A stretch of 64,000 bases of DNA from Octopus vulgaris (GCA_951406725.2 OX597822.1:52204001-52268000), one strand, 5' to 3'. Positions 37,983-52,616 are shown, numbered from the stretch's first letter. The notes: generated by a model from the letters alone, not told the origin. Numbers and translations are program-made.

Positions 37983-39059
37983 CAAAGCCTAATGGTGTGG
38001 TTTTCTAAAATTCCTTTACGGTCAAACAGTTTTCACAATGAATTCCAATTTAATCGGAATCTACATGATCTGAAGCAAATTTGTAGAAAAGAAATGTTTA
38101 ATCGAGAAGAAGCAAATCTTTGGGGCACAATTGTGTAGATATACCAAAATATTTATATATATACAAGGATGTATATAAAACTAACTCTGTAAAAATGTAT
38201 GAGAGTGTGTATATATTTGTATGTTTCTGTATGCATTTATAAATGTATAAGTTTCAGAAGATATTAGGAGAATGGAATATAAAAGTCAGTCATAAAAAGA
38301 GATTGCCCAAAAATCTATTTCGTTAATTTTTAACTACTGTTTCCTATTTTGAAACATTTAAGAAACTATTTATAAATTATAAAGAGAAATGAATGGTAGA
38401 TTCAGACTATCCCTATTTTAAAACCACAATTAAGCAAAAAAACATTTGTGTGCGTAATTTTTTTCTCTGAAAGTTCATGGCTTCAAAGGAATAAGCGTGG
38501 AATGCTGCATTAAGCGTGGAAAACTGCAACCAGTTTTCAGATTGTTTACTTCCTACTAAAAAATGTGGATTTTGTAAATGAACGAAATCCTGAATAAGAA
38601 ATGAAAGTTTAATATGACACATTTTCACGTCATGTTTAACGGGGGCTGATTTTGTTACTCAAACTAACTAGATCCAAGTACAGTGAATACCATCCTCCAC
38701 AATTTGCTAATTTGCTACTCCTATGAAGTACATATGTATTTCAACAATTTCTATCAAATACACTCTTTCTTGAGCATAAAAAAATCCTCTTCCCCGGTGA
38801 CAATAACTTATATGTCAGATTGTTGCACAAATTCTATCTGTTTTAATAAGGGAAATCGGAAAGGTTCGAAATTATTTCATCGGCATTTACTTGTACCAAA
38901 GAGCACTCTTTCGATAGACAACATGCTGATCTCAAAAGTGTCTCGTGGTGGAAATAAACGCAATTACCAAAATTTCAATTCATTATTTGGTTTGTTTTTG
39001 TTTTTTGTTTTTTGGGAGGTTTTTTTTCGTTTCAATTTGTACATCTGTACTCCCGCCCG

Positions 39060-39405
39060 TGAAGGCGCATGGCTCAGTGGTTAGAGCGTCGAGCTTACGA
39101 TCGTGAGGTTGTGAGCTCGAATCCCGGACCGGGCTGCGTGTTGTGTTCTTGAGCAAGGCACTTTATTTCACGTTGCTCCAGTTCACTCAGCTGTAGAAAT
39201 GAGTTGCGACGTCACTGGTGCCAAGCTGTATCGACCTTTGTCTTTCCCTTGGATAACACTGGTGACGTGGAGAGGGGAGGCCGGTATGCATGAGCGACTG
39301 CTGGTCTTCCATAAACAACCTTGCCCGGACGTGTGTCTAGGAGGGTAACTTTCTAGGTGCAATCCCATGGTCATTCATGACCGAAGGGGGTCTTTACCCC
39401 CTTTT
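39060..39405 (+). mobile_element. tRNA-derived CORE-like SINE (family C) with 12-bp TSD
   Basis: A box TGGCTCAGTGG, B-box-like gctcgaatccc. TSD tactcccgcccg at 39048-39059 and 39406-39417. Confidence 0.85.
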
Positions 39406-39684
39406 TACTCCCGCCCGGGTACAAACGTATATGTAAAACGACGTCTTTTATTTCTCAATCATTATCTGCTGATATCACAATGAAAAAAAATTTTTTTCGG
39501 GCGGGGGGGGTGCATTTGTGACTCCAATGGTCAAAAGGGGGTCTTTAGCCAAAATAGGTTAAGAACCTTTGATATAATCGAATCGAATGAAAATTTACAC
39601 TCAACCACCAGCCAAATATACGGGTGTGTTGATATATCAAACTTAGAAACCTATATTATTAATTGCTTGAGAAACACATAAGAA

Positions 39685-40042
39685 GGTCTTCTCCTTTTCC
39701 ATCTTCTTCGTGTTTCCCTTCTTTCTCTTTCTTTTTCTTTTATACATCTCCTCCTCCTTCTCTGTCCTCTTCTTCTCCTCTTGCTTTGTCATTGCCTCCT
39801 CTTCCTCCCCTTCCTTCTTCGTCATTTTTCTTCTTCACCTCAATTTTCTATTCCATTTCCCTCTTTTCTCCGCCTTCGACTCCTCCTCACCTGTCTCTTC
39901 TTCCACTTTGTTGTAGCTCCTTTTCTTCTCCCTCCCCTTCTCCTTTTCCCTCCTCCTCCCTTCCACTTCATCAACTTCGTATGATTTCTTCTTTTTCCTC
40001 CTTTACAAAAGTAGCTGCAACAGCAGCAGCAGCAGCAGTAGC

Positions 40043-40080
<38 letters not shown>

Positions 40081-40429
40081 CAGTAGTAGTAGTAGTAGTT
40101 CCCCAAGAATCTCAACCAGTTTCTCTGGGCCGCAGCTAGATTTATCTTGAATGAAATGGCGATAAGGTAGAACATTAAGGACAATGTCACCACAGATAGC
40201 AATCAGAAGTTCATTGTTTGGATTTGGGTTTGGTTCAATGTGCTGACGTCAGATGGATGCTGGGTTGAAAGGAGACCGCTGTGGAGGCGTGATGCAAAAG
40301 CTAAATTAGGCGGTACGGGGTGAAAACGTTTGGAAATGGTTAAGTGTGGGGGGGGGGTTCTATGTTATGTTGGCATGCAGTTTATGGGGATTGCATTATT
40401 GATGAGATCAGCGATATTGAAAAGGGCGA

Positions 40430-40472
<43 letters not shown>

Positions 40473-40547
40473 CGACGACGACGACTATGATGACGATGAC
40501 GACGACGATGGTGATGATGATGATGATGATGATTTTGGTGGCAGTGG

Positions 40548-40580
<33 letters not shown>

Positions 40581-40803
40581 TGTTGTCGATGGTGGTGGTA
40601 ACAGTGATGATGTTAATGACGATAATGATGAAGGGAAATACGGAGGAGGAGGAGGAGGAGGAGGAAGAGGAAGGCAAAGTTCCTATTGAAGAATGAAGAA
40701 CTACAAGAGTAAAAAGTGCAGGAAAGAAGTGAAAATATTGATCATCCTGGTATTGATCATCATCATCACCAACAACAAGAGCAGCATCAATAGCTGCAGC
40801 AGA

Positions 40804-40870
<67 letters not shown>

Positions 40871-40872
40871 AC
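39685..40872. repeat. Cluster of pyrimidine-rich and trinucleotide repeats (CAG/TAG, GAT/GAC, GGT/GGC, GGA, AGT)
   Basis: Direct reading. Confidence 0.9.
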
Positions 40873-41829
40873 AATCGGCGTGGTAAACTGACAATGAAAC
40901 GGCATACGTTAGATAAGAGGTTTTTGTCTTGGCTCCTGTATGATTGACCATATTGAACCCAGCCTTTTTACTCTTATCGCTGATATCAGCCACGAGATCG
41001 CCACTAAAACAGGTCATCTGATACTATCTAACCTCTGACATTGCCATTCGATACGATCGTTCTTTTATACGTGTAAATTTTTCTTTTTACTCTATCTCTT
41101 TTTTTTTTTTTTTCTGTGCTGCGAGCGAACCTATATCACACATTTATTGATTTCTTACTTAGGTCCAACAGTGCACATTTACATAAAAGAAAGAATGGTA
41201 CTGTGTGGTTTTTTTTTTTTTTGTTTTGCGTAAGTTGCATTGCTATTTTTGATAAGTTTCATATTAGAAGAAACGTTAATTAGTTCTGAATAGCCAGAGT
41301 GAAATTCGGTTCTGCGAGACCACCCGTTGGGGGATTACATTTCGTACAACGACACACTCCACTGAAAGTCTTGTTTTATACACAAGACTGGTAACTTTAA
41401 TCATAATAGAAAATGAGACAATGTTTTGTGTTTTCTCTGGGGCATTAACAGTAAAAGCAAAATGTAAAAGCTACACCGATATCAATTAAGAGCTGAAAAT
41501 ATTGTTCCAGAGAATCATACTTGTGCAGTGTGATACTTGTCGGTGTTAGCAGCAAGAAATATTTCTACTTTGAGTCTTCTCTCATTTATGAAATAGAAAC
41601 TGGTTGTGCCCGCTTGTAACACGTTCCCAGTGTGTAAAGGGGACACAAACGCTGTGCTACGGACTGTTCTTGTTGTGTCGTCGACGTGGTCCTTGTTGTT
41701 GTTGTCGTTGCTTCTGCTGCTGCTGCTACTATTGTGGTGGTGGTGGTGGTGGTGGTGGTGATGGTGGTGGTGGTTGTTGCGGCGGTGGCGGCGGTGGCGG
41801 CGGCGATTGTGGTGGTTATTTAGTCCTAA

Positions 41830-42900
41830 AACTGACCCTGGTCTCTACAATTACATTCAGCAGGTTCGTGTACACTCAGATATAGAAAGACTTCACTGCG
41901 GTAATTGTCTCTGCGTTGTTACACGTCAACAGCTACGAATAACGAATTTGTCGTTCATAGAACTCTTTGGATTTGAGCGATTGGCAGCGTCGAATGCGGC
42001 GGAGGAGTGCAGAGAGCTCAAGTCGCGAGATGGTTTAGACAACTTAATCTCTTCTGAAAATTGAAGGAACCCAATGCGTACGTTGCACAAGCTGACAAAC
42101 AGGTTTGAACTATCCTGGATTGCGCAACCAGCGAGATTGCTGCAGCAATGGAAAGCATGTGGTCTTTGGTGGAAGAATATTAGCAGCTTTGTGCGTGGCA
42201 GCTAACCTTCGATATCAGTTCGGGTCTGGTTATGAAACGAAGGCTCGATATAACACGCAAAATCCGAAGGTGATCGGTTGAAGGGTGAATAACAATAGCG
42301 GATGCAGGGCTATTGTACAGGTCAAGGCGGGAGAGCAGCAGCTGAGTTAAATCGTTACCAGAAATTACTGGCTTTGGTATGTGAAAGCATGTCGAATAAT
42401 ATTCGGCTGAAATGCTTGTTTCGCGTGAGGAATGGGCATGGTGCAAGTGGAAGAAAGAATAAGGCGAGTTTGGTAACTCATACGTAAGGAATTGAGAACG
42501 AGTAAATTGGTTGGTTCTTAGGGCACGTGAGTTTACGGGGTGTGAGGATGGGAATGTGCTCAATAATGAGGAAGAGAGTTAATGGGCTTTAGGTGGAAAT
42601 AGAAAACTTCCCGAGATGAAATTGTGGATGAAGCCACCGCTTACGAAAACAGTGTAGATAAGGTAGCGATTCAGAGTAAAGGTGAGCATCGAAAGGCACA
42701 AGGATGAGAAGCTGTTTTGGAACTATGATGTATATCACGAAGATTTGTGTATTCAGCACAGGGAGACAGGAACGTTGCAGAAATTTGGTGTAGTATATTA
42801 ATCTAATGTAGTGGAATTCTAGAAGCAGGTCTGAGTCGACGTACAAAAGACAAAAATGCGAACCAGATGCATAAGAAAAGTAATCCTTCGTCAAGAAAAT
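41830..42900 (-). mobile_element. Possible highly decayed LINE ORF2 (endonuclease-region) remnant
   Basis: Higher-GC, coding-like stretch with many disruptions. Only vague motif resemblance. Confidence 0.3.
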
Positions 42901-43006
42901 GTGAAGAAAATGGGGAAAATGGCGTTTTGTGTAAGCAATATTTACTCAGCCGGCATTGCACCCACGATTTTAACAGTACCTGAAACTCCGTACTTTCTAT
43001 TTGGTT

Positions 43007-43233
43007 TACCTATTTCTTTACTACCCACAAGGGGCTAAACACAGATGGGACAAGCAAGGAGAAACAAACGGATTACATCAACCCCAGTGCGTAACTGGTA
43101 CTTAATTTATCGACCCCGAAAGGATGAAAGGCAAAGTCGACCTCGGCGGAATTTGAACTCAGAACGTATCGGCAGACGTAATACGGCTACGCATTTCGCC
43201 CGGTGTGCTAACGTTTCTGCCAGCTCGCCGCCT
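43007..43233 (-). mobile_element. SINE family A
   Basis: Reverse complement of family A. Confidence 0.85.
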
Positions 43234-44159
43234 AAACGTTGGTTTGCCACCAACCACATTCCCTTCCTCTCTCTTAGTTGCCAGCCAGCTTCACCTCTCC
43301 ATTCACTATCTTACGATACCTCCTCCGTCTCATCTAATCTGACCCCTGTTTCTTCCGTTGAACGCTCTCTAGCTTGCTGCAACACCTGTCCTTTATGCCA
43401 AACATGCTCGCCCTACATAGACTTAATTCTTCCTTCCAGTATCAATGATCACTTTAGCTGTGCCACCACGATCGTTATTTTACGCATTAAATAAAATACA
43501 AAATATCTTGATAAAATTGATATCTGATACGTTTATAAGACTTTTCTGTCCATATTTGTATGGAAATTTTTGATCTAAGATAAAATTAAGCTTCATGAGC
43601 TTATATTTGTGTAAGCCTGTATATATATTAAATTTGCTTAAACCACATACTTCAAAGTCTGTTTATGTTAGCAATAAGAAATGCAATCTACTTCGTAATA
43701 GAAATGTGCTAATGCGATAAAAATAATCTGATTTATATTAAATAAGAATTAGTAATTAGTAATTGGAGGAAGATCACAGCGGTCAGCGAACAGGCTAAAG
43801 TTTAACTGCAGCTGTTAGTAAACAGACCATGTTTGATTGCAGTTTTTAGGAGTTCAAATCTTATAAAGAACGATATTGTGTATCTTCCCTCCGCATCTTA
43901 ATCTCTTCTGAGATAAACAAGATAACCATTAATACATTCTAGAGTCAATTTAGTCAAAGCATCATCTCTTAAAACTTTCCTTGGTTTGCCAGAATTCGAT
44001 CTGATATGTGTAGTTTATCAGAATAATGTTGTTTTACTCAGTAATTACTAAAATTCTCACAAATCTACAAAGTGTGCCGAAAGAATGTGACCGATTAAAA
44101 CTACCTCATCACACAACTGCTACTTACATATTATCTCCAATATATATATAGAAAAAGAA

Positions 44160-44545
44160 AGGCGGCGAACTGGCAGAAACGTTAGCACGCCTGGCGAAAT
44201 GCTCAGCGGTATTTCGTCTGCCGCTACGTTCTGAGTTCAAATTCCGCCGAGGTCGACTTTGCCTTTCATCCTTTCGGGGTCGATTAAATAAGTACCAGTT
44301 ACGCACTGGGGTCGATATAATCGACTTAATCCGTTTGTCTATCCTTGTTTGTCCTCTCTGTGTTTAGCCCCTTGTGGGCAGTAAAGAAATAGGTATTTCG
44401 TCTGTCTTTACATTCCGCCGTGGTCGACTTTGCCTTTCATCCTCTCGGGGTTGATAAATTAAGTACCAGTTGCGTACTGGGGATTGATCTTCTCGGCTGG
44501 CCCCTCCCCCAAAATTTCGGGCCTTGTGCCTAGAGTAGAAAAGAA
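44160..44545 (+). mobile_element. SINE family A dimer
   Basis: Full unit followed by a second body with a different tail. Confidence 0.85.
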
Positions 44546-45204
44546 TTTATATAAAAGGCCAGAAATTTGCAGTGGTGAGGTAGGAGTTAGTTGATTTCAT
44601 CTACTGCATTACATGACTGGAATTTTATTCAATCGACACCGGAAAGATGGACGGGCAAAGCTTACCTCGATTTGTACTAAAGACGTGAAGAGCCGGAACA
44701 AATAACGCTAGATATTTTTTCTGATGCTCCAACAATTCTACCTGTTCGCCGAGGTCGCCTTTGCCTTTCATCCTTTCAAGGTAAATGAAATAAGTCCCAG
44801 TTGAGCACTGGTGTTGAAGAAATTGATTGGTCCGTCCCGCAAAACTTCAGGCTTTGAGTTAGACTATTAACTAATAACTCAGAGGGCGAGCTGGCGGATC
44901 GTTAGAGCGTCGAACAAAATGTGAAGTGGCATTTCTTCCGGTTCTTTACGTCCTAAGTTCAAATTTCGCCAAAGTCGTCGTTTCAGTCATTGAACTGCTG
45001 GGACACCGCCATGCTGGGAACCGCCTTGGAATGTTTAGTCGAATACAATGACTCCTGTATTTACTTTGTTTAAGCCAAGTACTTATTCTACGGGATTTTT
45101 TTTAACTACTTGATAATGTTATGGGAACGTAAAGTTTTCAGCACTGGGGAGACAAACACAAGTTACACACACACACACATGACTTAAATTTTCATGGGTG
45201 CGTA

Positions 45205-45576
45205 GTGGAAGCATTCCGTCGGTTACGACGACGAGGGTTCCGGTTGATCCGATCAACGGAACAGCCTGCTCGTGAAATTAACGTGTAAGTGGCTGAGCAC
45301 TCCACAGACACGTGTACCCTTAACGTAGTTATCGGGGATATTCAGCGTGACACAGAGAGTGACAAGGCCGGCCCTTTGAAATACAGGTACAACAGAAACA
45401 GGAAGTAAGAGTGAGAGAAAGTTGTGGTGAAAGAGTACAGCAGGGATCACCACCATCCCTGCCGGAGCCTCATGGAGCTTTAGGTGTTTTCGCTCAATAA
45501 ACACTCACAACGCCCGGTCTGGGAATCGAAACCGCGAGTCCGCTGCCCTAACCACTGGGCCATTGCGCCTCCACTA
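45205..45576 (-). mobile_element. SINE with family D head, alternative tail and 12-bp TSD
   Basis: TSD catgggtgcgta at 45193-45204 and 45577-45588. Confidence 0.85.
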
Positions 45577-46567
45577 CATGGGTGCGTATAACACGTCCAT
45601 CTCATCAGATGTTCAAACACTGCCTCCAAACATCTGATGGATGGACAAGTTTTACACGAAATTATAAGTAATGTGGAGCTAAGTCAAACTGTTCTTAAAT
45701 ATATGTAACGCCAGCCAACTGTTCTGATTGCTACTTCCTTTCGTTTGTTCACTTACCCGTGTAAATTACGTGTGGCGGGGTGTACAAACATACATACATA
45801 AACACAGAGAGAGGACGTGCAGTCATGCAGTTTCCGCCAACTCAATTCCCTCACAAGGCATTGGTCAGTTCGGGAACATAGTTGGTGTGTAGTGAGAGTG
45901 AACCCGAAGCCAGTTGGTTGAAAAGCGAACTTGTGATCTACACAGCCATGCCTGTGATCATGCTAGAGATCATTATTATTACTGAAGGGCAACAGATAAC
46001 ATAATCGTACAAAATCAGATATGTCTTTCAGTATTTAGATACAACTACTTACTGCGGAAGACCTATTATATCTCACGGCTATACTCATTGGTATAAGGAC
46101 TAGTTATGTATGGATTAATTTTAATCCACTATTCTCCTCCTCTAAAGTTTGCAGATTTGTGAAAGAAACTGATAACAAATATAATTGAGTTAAACAATTA
46201 AAAAATATTATAGTGTTTTTGTTCAAGTCAAGGTAAATATTAAGACTCCAGAATGTCATATTGGTTGTCGTTTTATCAAAATGGAGATATATAACACAAT
46301 GTTGATGATTAGGATATTTGAACGCAGAACAAGACGAACTCAACGAAATGCAATTTACTATTAGCTTTACCTGGCATTTAGCCTTGTGTTCCAGCTCATT
46401 CATTTAATGTTCATTGGCCGACATCATCACTCTCTCCAAATAGTCAATTTTGTTTAATATATATCAGTTTAATATTATCGCATTAACAAATTTCAATTAC
46501 GAAAGTAAAATATGTCTTGTTTATTGCTAACATAAGCAGACTTTGAAGTATAATGTTTAAGCCAATT

Positions 46568-46614
<47 letters not shown>

Positions 46615-47355
46615 TGTATGTGTGTGTGCGCGTGTACATATATGTAGACCTACAAAAGTATATCTGCTCACGAGGCTTAATTTTATTTTAGATCAAAGAT
46701 TACGGTATAATAGAAAATCTGCACAGAAAATTCTTATTAGCTTATTAAATGTCATTGATCGATGACAGCATCACACACCAGTTGACTGGATACCATTTTC
46801 TGCTTACCTTTTCATGTATCTGCTTAAGTACTTTATTGTTCAGAGTCCAAACATCGAAAATACATGTTGGGTGGTAGTTTGATGTGTTCCATGCGACAGA
46901 GTTTTGGTAAAATAGCAAAAGTAAATGTAATACTATACCGTATTACAAAATACATCTAAAGATTTTAATCAACAATGTATGTAATGGAAAGTCACAAATA
47001 CCTTCTTCTGATGTTACATTATCCACATAGTCAGAAAATTAGAGATCAGTCTGACTTATTCAATCCTGTTTGGAATTTTACCAGCAACTAGGCACCCTGT
47101 CTAACTATGCACGGACATATTGCTTATACATTTATTACCATGCAATAAATCGTTACAGCCATTTTCATATATAATACTAATGTATTCTTCGCAGCTAGTT
47201 TGAAAATATATACTATTGTTGCGATAACGGCATTTTGCTTCAATACTTGACAGTACTACAGAATATACCTATATATTTTAAACTAGCACTATATGCTACA
47301 AAAAGAACAAAGCAACTTGTTTGAATATACAGTAATGAAGTCGACGGTATTGATG

Positions 47356-47590
47356 AGGCGGCGAGCTGGCAGAAACGTTAGCACGCCGGGCGAAATGCTT
47401 AGCGGTATTTCGTCTGCCGTTACGTTGTGAGTTCAAATTCCGCTGAGGTCGACTTTGCCTTTCATCCTTTCGGGGTCGATAAAACTAAATACCAGTTACG
47501 CACTGGGGTCGATGTAATCGACTTAATACCTATGTCTGTCCGTGTTTGTCCACTCTGTGTTTAGCCCCTTGTGGGTAATAAAGAAATAGG
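47356..47590 (+). mobile_element. SINE family A with TSD ggtattgatgag
   Basis: Full family A match with a flanking direct repeat. Confidence 0.9.
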
Positions 47591-47742
47591 TATTGATGAG
47601 ACACAGTTGGTAAATAGACCGATGGCGTCGGAGGTAAAACGATGAAAGTGATAGAAAAGAAGCGTACCTTATCTTGGAGTGAACCAAGCTACATCTGAAC
47701 TATTACAAACTTTTCACATTCCGAACACTTGCTACATATATT

Positions 47743-48040
47743 TTTATTTACGCGCTCTTTTCAAGCCTAGCCAGGCTCATGGGCCCTGTTTCCTGGTTTC
47801 TGTGGCGTATATGTTCCCCCCAGCTGGACAGAACGCCAGTCCATCGCAGCGTTACCCAAGAAACAGGAAGAAAGAGTGAGAGGAAGTTGTGGCGAAAGAG
47901 TACAACAGGGGTCGCCACCACCGCCTGCCGGAGCCTCGTGGAGCTTTAGGTGGTTTCGCTCAATAAACACACACAACGCCCGGTCTGGGAATCGAAACTG
48001 TGAGTCCACTACCCTAACCACTGGGCCATTGCGCCTCCAC
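47743..48040 (-). mobile_element. SINE family D with TSD tgctacatatatt
   Basis: Head gtggaggcgcaatggcccagtggttagg. Direct repeat at 47730-47742 and 48041-48053. Confidence 0.85.
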
Positions 48041-48097
48041 TGCTACATATATTCCTTTATGTATATTTGAATTTCTCTACAATATGTTATATAAGTA

Positions 48098-49255
48098 CTA
48101 GCATTAAAGACCCGTCGTTGCCGGGTCATAGTGCTAGTGCATGTATATATATGTGTACATATTATATGTACATCTATATATATACATCTACACATAAAAT
48201 ACAAAATACAAAGTTATATCTTGATATCGCTAGTGATAACAATACTCAAAATATATAACAGCCTGGAATTGTTAGCCCGTCTCTTGTAATTTCGATCAAT
48301 TGTATCTTGTTTTCCCTCTTGTATAGAAGTGTGGCTACAATCCAGCCTACCTCTACTTAGGGGGGGAGGGGCATTTTAAATTTTTTCCGGACGTCCCAGA
48401 TATAAAGGTAAAAATAAAATATTTCCACTTTGCAAGTTCGAGTCGAGTACTCCCTTGCATGCTCCGTTGACTCGAAACTTGCTTCTATTGTGGCGAATTT
48501 ACCGCCTCTGATTAGATACCTTTCATAGTCGCACCAAGACACTTTTTGAAGGTGCTTTCCTCCATGTGTTCAAATCTTCTTTTTTCTCTACATTGTATAC
48601 TTTATTGACAATAGTCTTTTCTTTCATTTAATTTTTTATTATCCATCTGTACTATTCCATTTCTGCACGCTAATTTTATTTTTAATTTATTCCCATTCAT
48701 GTGAAACCACTTATTCAAGTTCAAGTCATTGATGCAATTTTATACCAATTGCTATTTTTACTTTTGTTATGCTACGATTATATTATACTTTAGTTTGATT
48801 TTAATTATTACTTACTACATATAATTCAATTGTTATTATTATTTTTATTGTTAAAGTGAAAGTATCTGACATAAAATAGAGAAACATTTTTGTTTCACTT
48901 TTAACACGTAATACTGAAATAGTGGAGAAGATATGATATTGCTATGGGCTCGCTCTAGGCAAGAAGTTGAACATTTTTTTTGCCCATGAAACTACATAGA
49001 CCCTAAGTAAGGCATGTGTAAAATTTGAATGAAATTGGTTGTGTAGTTCTCAAGTTTTAGGGAATCGTAGTGGAGAAGATATGATATTGCTGTGGGCTCG
49101 CCCTAGGCAAAAAGTTCAAACATTTTTTTGCTGATGACACTCCCCGGACCCTAAGTAAGGCATGTGTACAATTTGAATGAAATTGGTTGTGTAGTTCTCA
49201 AGTTTTAGGGAAACACACAGACAGACAGACACACATTCTCAGTTTTATATATATA
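48098..49255 (-). mobile_element. Non-autonomous Helitron with internal ~148-bp tandem repeat
   Basis: 3' hairpin GACCCGGCAACGACGGGTC plus CTAG at 48098. 5' end tatatataaaactgagaatgtgtg. Repeat at ~48920-49062 and ~49068-49210. Confidence 0.75.
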
Positions 49256-49746
49256 AAGGTAACGAGGCAATGGTTTGCGCACCGAGCCAAATGCTTGGCG
49301 GCATTTCGTCTGTCTTTACTTTTTGGGGTTGAAATTCCGCCGAGTTCGACTTTGCCTTTTATCTTTTCAGGTTCGATAAAATAAGTACTAGTTGAAAACT
49401 AGGGTTAATATAATCGACTTACCCCTCCCTAGAACTTGGTGGCCATGTGCCAACATTTTAACTAACCTGTTATACAAGTATATTATAAACTAACCTGATA
49501 CCAGTTGACCACCTATTTATGCTTTTGTTTCGTTATTCATAAACGTGTATATATGTGCATATGTATATGTATTTGCGACTGTATATCCATAGCACAATTA
49601 AAAAATGAAGAATATACTCACACTAAAACATACTCAGATATATACATTATGTATATAAATATATAGGTGAGAAATTTTTTTCTTTTATTTTCTTCTTATT
49701 TCTTTTGCTATACACGTGTCTTTCTGCATATAAAGGTGTGTGTGTG

Positions 49747-49810
<64 letters not shown>

Positions 49811-49842
49811 TTACATATATACGTATGTGTGTGTATGTGTCC

Positions 49843-49875
<33 letters not shown>

Positions 49876-49883
49876 TATAATGT

Positions 49884-49922
<39 letters not shown>

Positions 49923-50359
49923 GGGGGAGTAAAATTATATAGATATAGAAATATAAATGCGTAGAAAGCTGCTGAAAGAATGAAACGTTCAACCAGTAAA
50001 TAACATCAAAACTAAAATTTCATACATTTTATTATGACAAGTTCTTTCTTAAATGACAGTCAATTTCCATTGATTAGTGAAGAGGGTGCCAAGCAAAATC
50101 GACTTTTAACTTCGGTTACCAATGAGAAATATCTATATGAAAATGAAAAATGACTGAATGTCTTATTAACTTAATTTCTGTTGTCAGTGCCAAAATCTTG
50201 TTAATATATCTATATTGTATATTATACAGTATATATTTGTATATTATCCCGTAATGTAAAAGCGAATAACAGCTCCAAGATAATTTAATATCATATATAA
50301 TATAATATATAAGAGAAAAGAAGTTTCAAGATATGGCTTAAATTATTATTGAATGACAG

Positions 50360-50640
50360 GATCGTAAGAGCGCTGAACAAGTTGCGCTGTATTATGCAGA
50401 CAACGAGCATGAACCACGCCAACTGTATATAGATGTCTCAGAAAATGTTATATCTTGGGCGACAGAGTATATTGTGAGCCGCTTCAAAGCTCCTGTAGAA
50501 GTATTGTTTTTAAACGAGGTTAAGTTAATCTTGACCATACTAGCAACAGTCAGTGTAAATGCCTGGTGTTGGTGAAGAAATAGTGATACCTATTCAACAA
50601 CCTTCACTCAATGGGTCTAGACGTAGCAGCCATTTGCAAG
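50360..50640 (+). pseudogene. Possible decayed hAT transposase C-terminal remnant
   Basis: EPRQLYIDV..IVSRF and EVKLILTILAT loosely resemble the hAT dimerisation region. Confidence 0.3.
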
Positions 50641-51129
50641 ATCAGGACTTCCTAGACACACACGATTGTTCTCCTTTAGAATAACTATGACGTTTATGCC
50701 ACTGATGCTGGTCCTGGACATAAATAGCAAGAGGGTTACGGAGACATCTTCAGATAAGAGACCGTTCACGTCTAAACAAGAGCAGGGGCTGTGGAAGAAA
50801 TATCTGGTTTGTTGAAGTTAATAGGCAATTGGAATTCTACTTTTTATCAATCCTGGGATGGATTATGAGGGAAGAGGGGGAATAAAGGAGATATGAAAAT
50901 CTGATCTGGCTGACAGTTTTTTGCCTGGATTTCACTTACGCACCAGAATAAAATTGAAGAAACCTCAGTGATACATAGTGTCAACGCTTTTATTAGGTAT
51001 CGCAGTAGAATAATGACAATTCCACAAAGATAAACGGTGGTAGCCAAAATTTTGATAATAAAGGATCGACAACGGCGCAATCCAGAGATGAGTGTGAGAT
51101 ATGGGTTTGCTCCAGTAAAAGTAAATACG

Positions 51130-51510
51130 TGAGACAGTCATTAGACTGTGGCCATTCTGGGGCAACACCTTGAAGAGCTGTTAGACGACCCAGGACTTTT
51201 TTATGCCTGGTACTTATTCTATCGGCCGCTTTTGCCGAAATCGTTAAGTTACGGGGAAGTAAACACACCAACACCGGTTGTCAAGTGGTGGGGGGAGGGG
51301 CCAAATACAGACATAAACAAACACACACACACACAGACATATATATACACGATGGGCTTCTTCCAGTTTCTATCTACCAACTCCACTCACAAGGCTTTGG
51401 TCATCCGACGCTATAGCAGAAGACAATTACCCAGGGTGCCACGTAGTGGGACTAAACCCGGATCCATGTGGTTAGGAAACAAGCTTCTTACTAGACGGCC
51501 ACGTCTTCTG
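51130..51510 (-). mobile_element. Diverged SINE family B
   Basis: Family B motifs in reverse orientation. Confidence 0.75.
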
Positions 51511-52126
51511 CACCTGAGATATGTCGAAAAAAAAAAAACTAATAACTATATCTACATACCTGAGAAATTAATCAAGGAAAGCAGAAGGAGAGGAGTGATA
51601 TACCTCTGCTTCTCATAAAATGGAAGAAATTTTAAATTTTCTCAGTCCTAACTGTTATATGACTTGATATATATATAAACCATTGAAGAAGCACGGTGTA
51701 TGGAATTGTGTGTCAAGTCGTTGCCGAGAAAGAGTACTTGTCAATTCCTGGCATCGAGTAGCAGGGGTTGATCTCTTTGGTTCTGCTCAGTGATATGAAT
51801 AACGGTGCTCTGAAAATACGTATTTTTTTTATACTGTTGTTTTTTGTCTCTGGCTCTTTAGTTGTCTACTTCCCTCATTTCTTCGTTGCTTCACTTCCTA
51901 CATTGGGCAAAATTACTCACAAACGGTATGCTAGGAGCTAACACGTTGTAAAGTATCTTAGCTAACTAACCTCTACTGGACATTTAAACATAATATATCT
52001 TTACATTTATATAGTCCATGTTATTTTTCCTTATCAACGCTTTATTTTTCATTTGATATAAAATTCACACGAAGCATCTCTTTGTAATATTCCCTATTCA
52101 TCAGTTTGGTTACAATAAAGAACAGA

Positions 52127-52167
<41 letters not shown>

Positions 52168-52432
52168 GTTGTTGTTGTTGTTATTGTTATTGTTATTATT
52201 ATTGTTATTGTTGTTGTTATTGTTATTATTGTTATTATTATTATTATTATTGTTGCTGTTGTTATTGTTGTTATTGTTATTATTATCTTTATTATTATTG
52301 TTGTTGCTGTTGTTATTGTTATTATTGTTATTATTATTATTGTTATTATTGTTATTATTATTGTTGTTCTTGTTATTGTTGTTATTGTTATTATTATTGT
52401 TATTATTATTGTTGTTGTTGTTATTGTTATTA

Positions 52433-52467
<35 letters not shown>

Positions 52468-52549
52468 GTTGTTGTTGTTGTTGTTGTTATTATTATTATT
52501 ATTATTGTTTTTGTTATTGTTATTGTTATTATTATTATTATCATTGTTG

Positions 52550-52616
<67 letters not shown>
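52127..52616. repeat. ~490-bp (TTA/TTG)n compound trinucleotide tract
   Basis: Direct reading. Confidence 0.95.

Noticed and set aside
39060-39135. tRNA-like sequences at SINE heads
   Set aside because: No complete cloverleaf or acceptor stem. They continue into SINE bodies with TSDs.
40330-40689. Poly-Asp/poly-Gly ORF resembling an acidic biomineral protein
   Set aside because: Non-ATG start, pure triplet repeats, no supporting splice structure.
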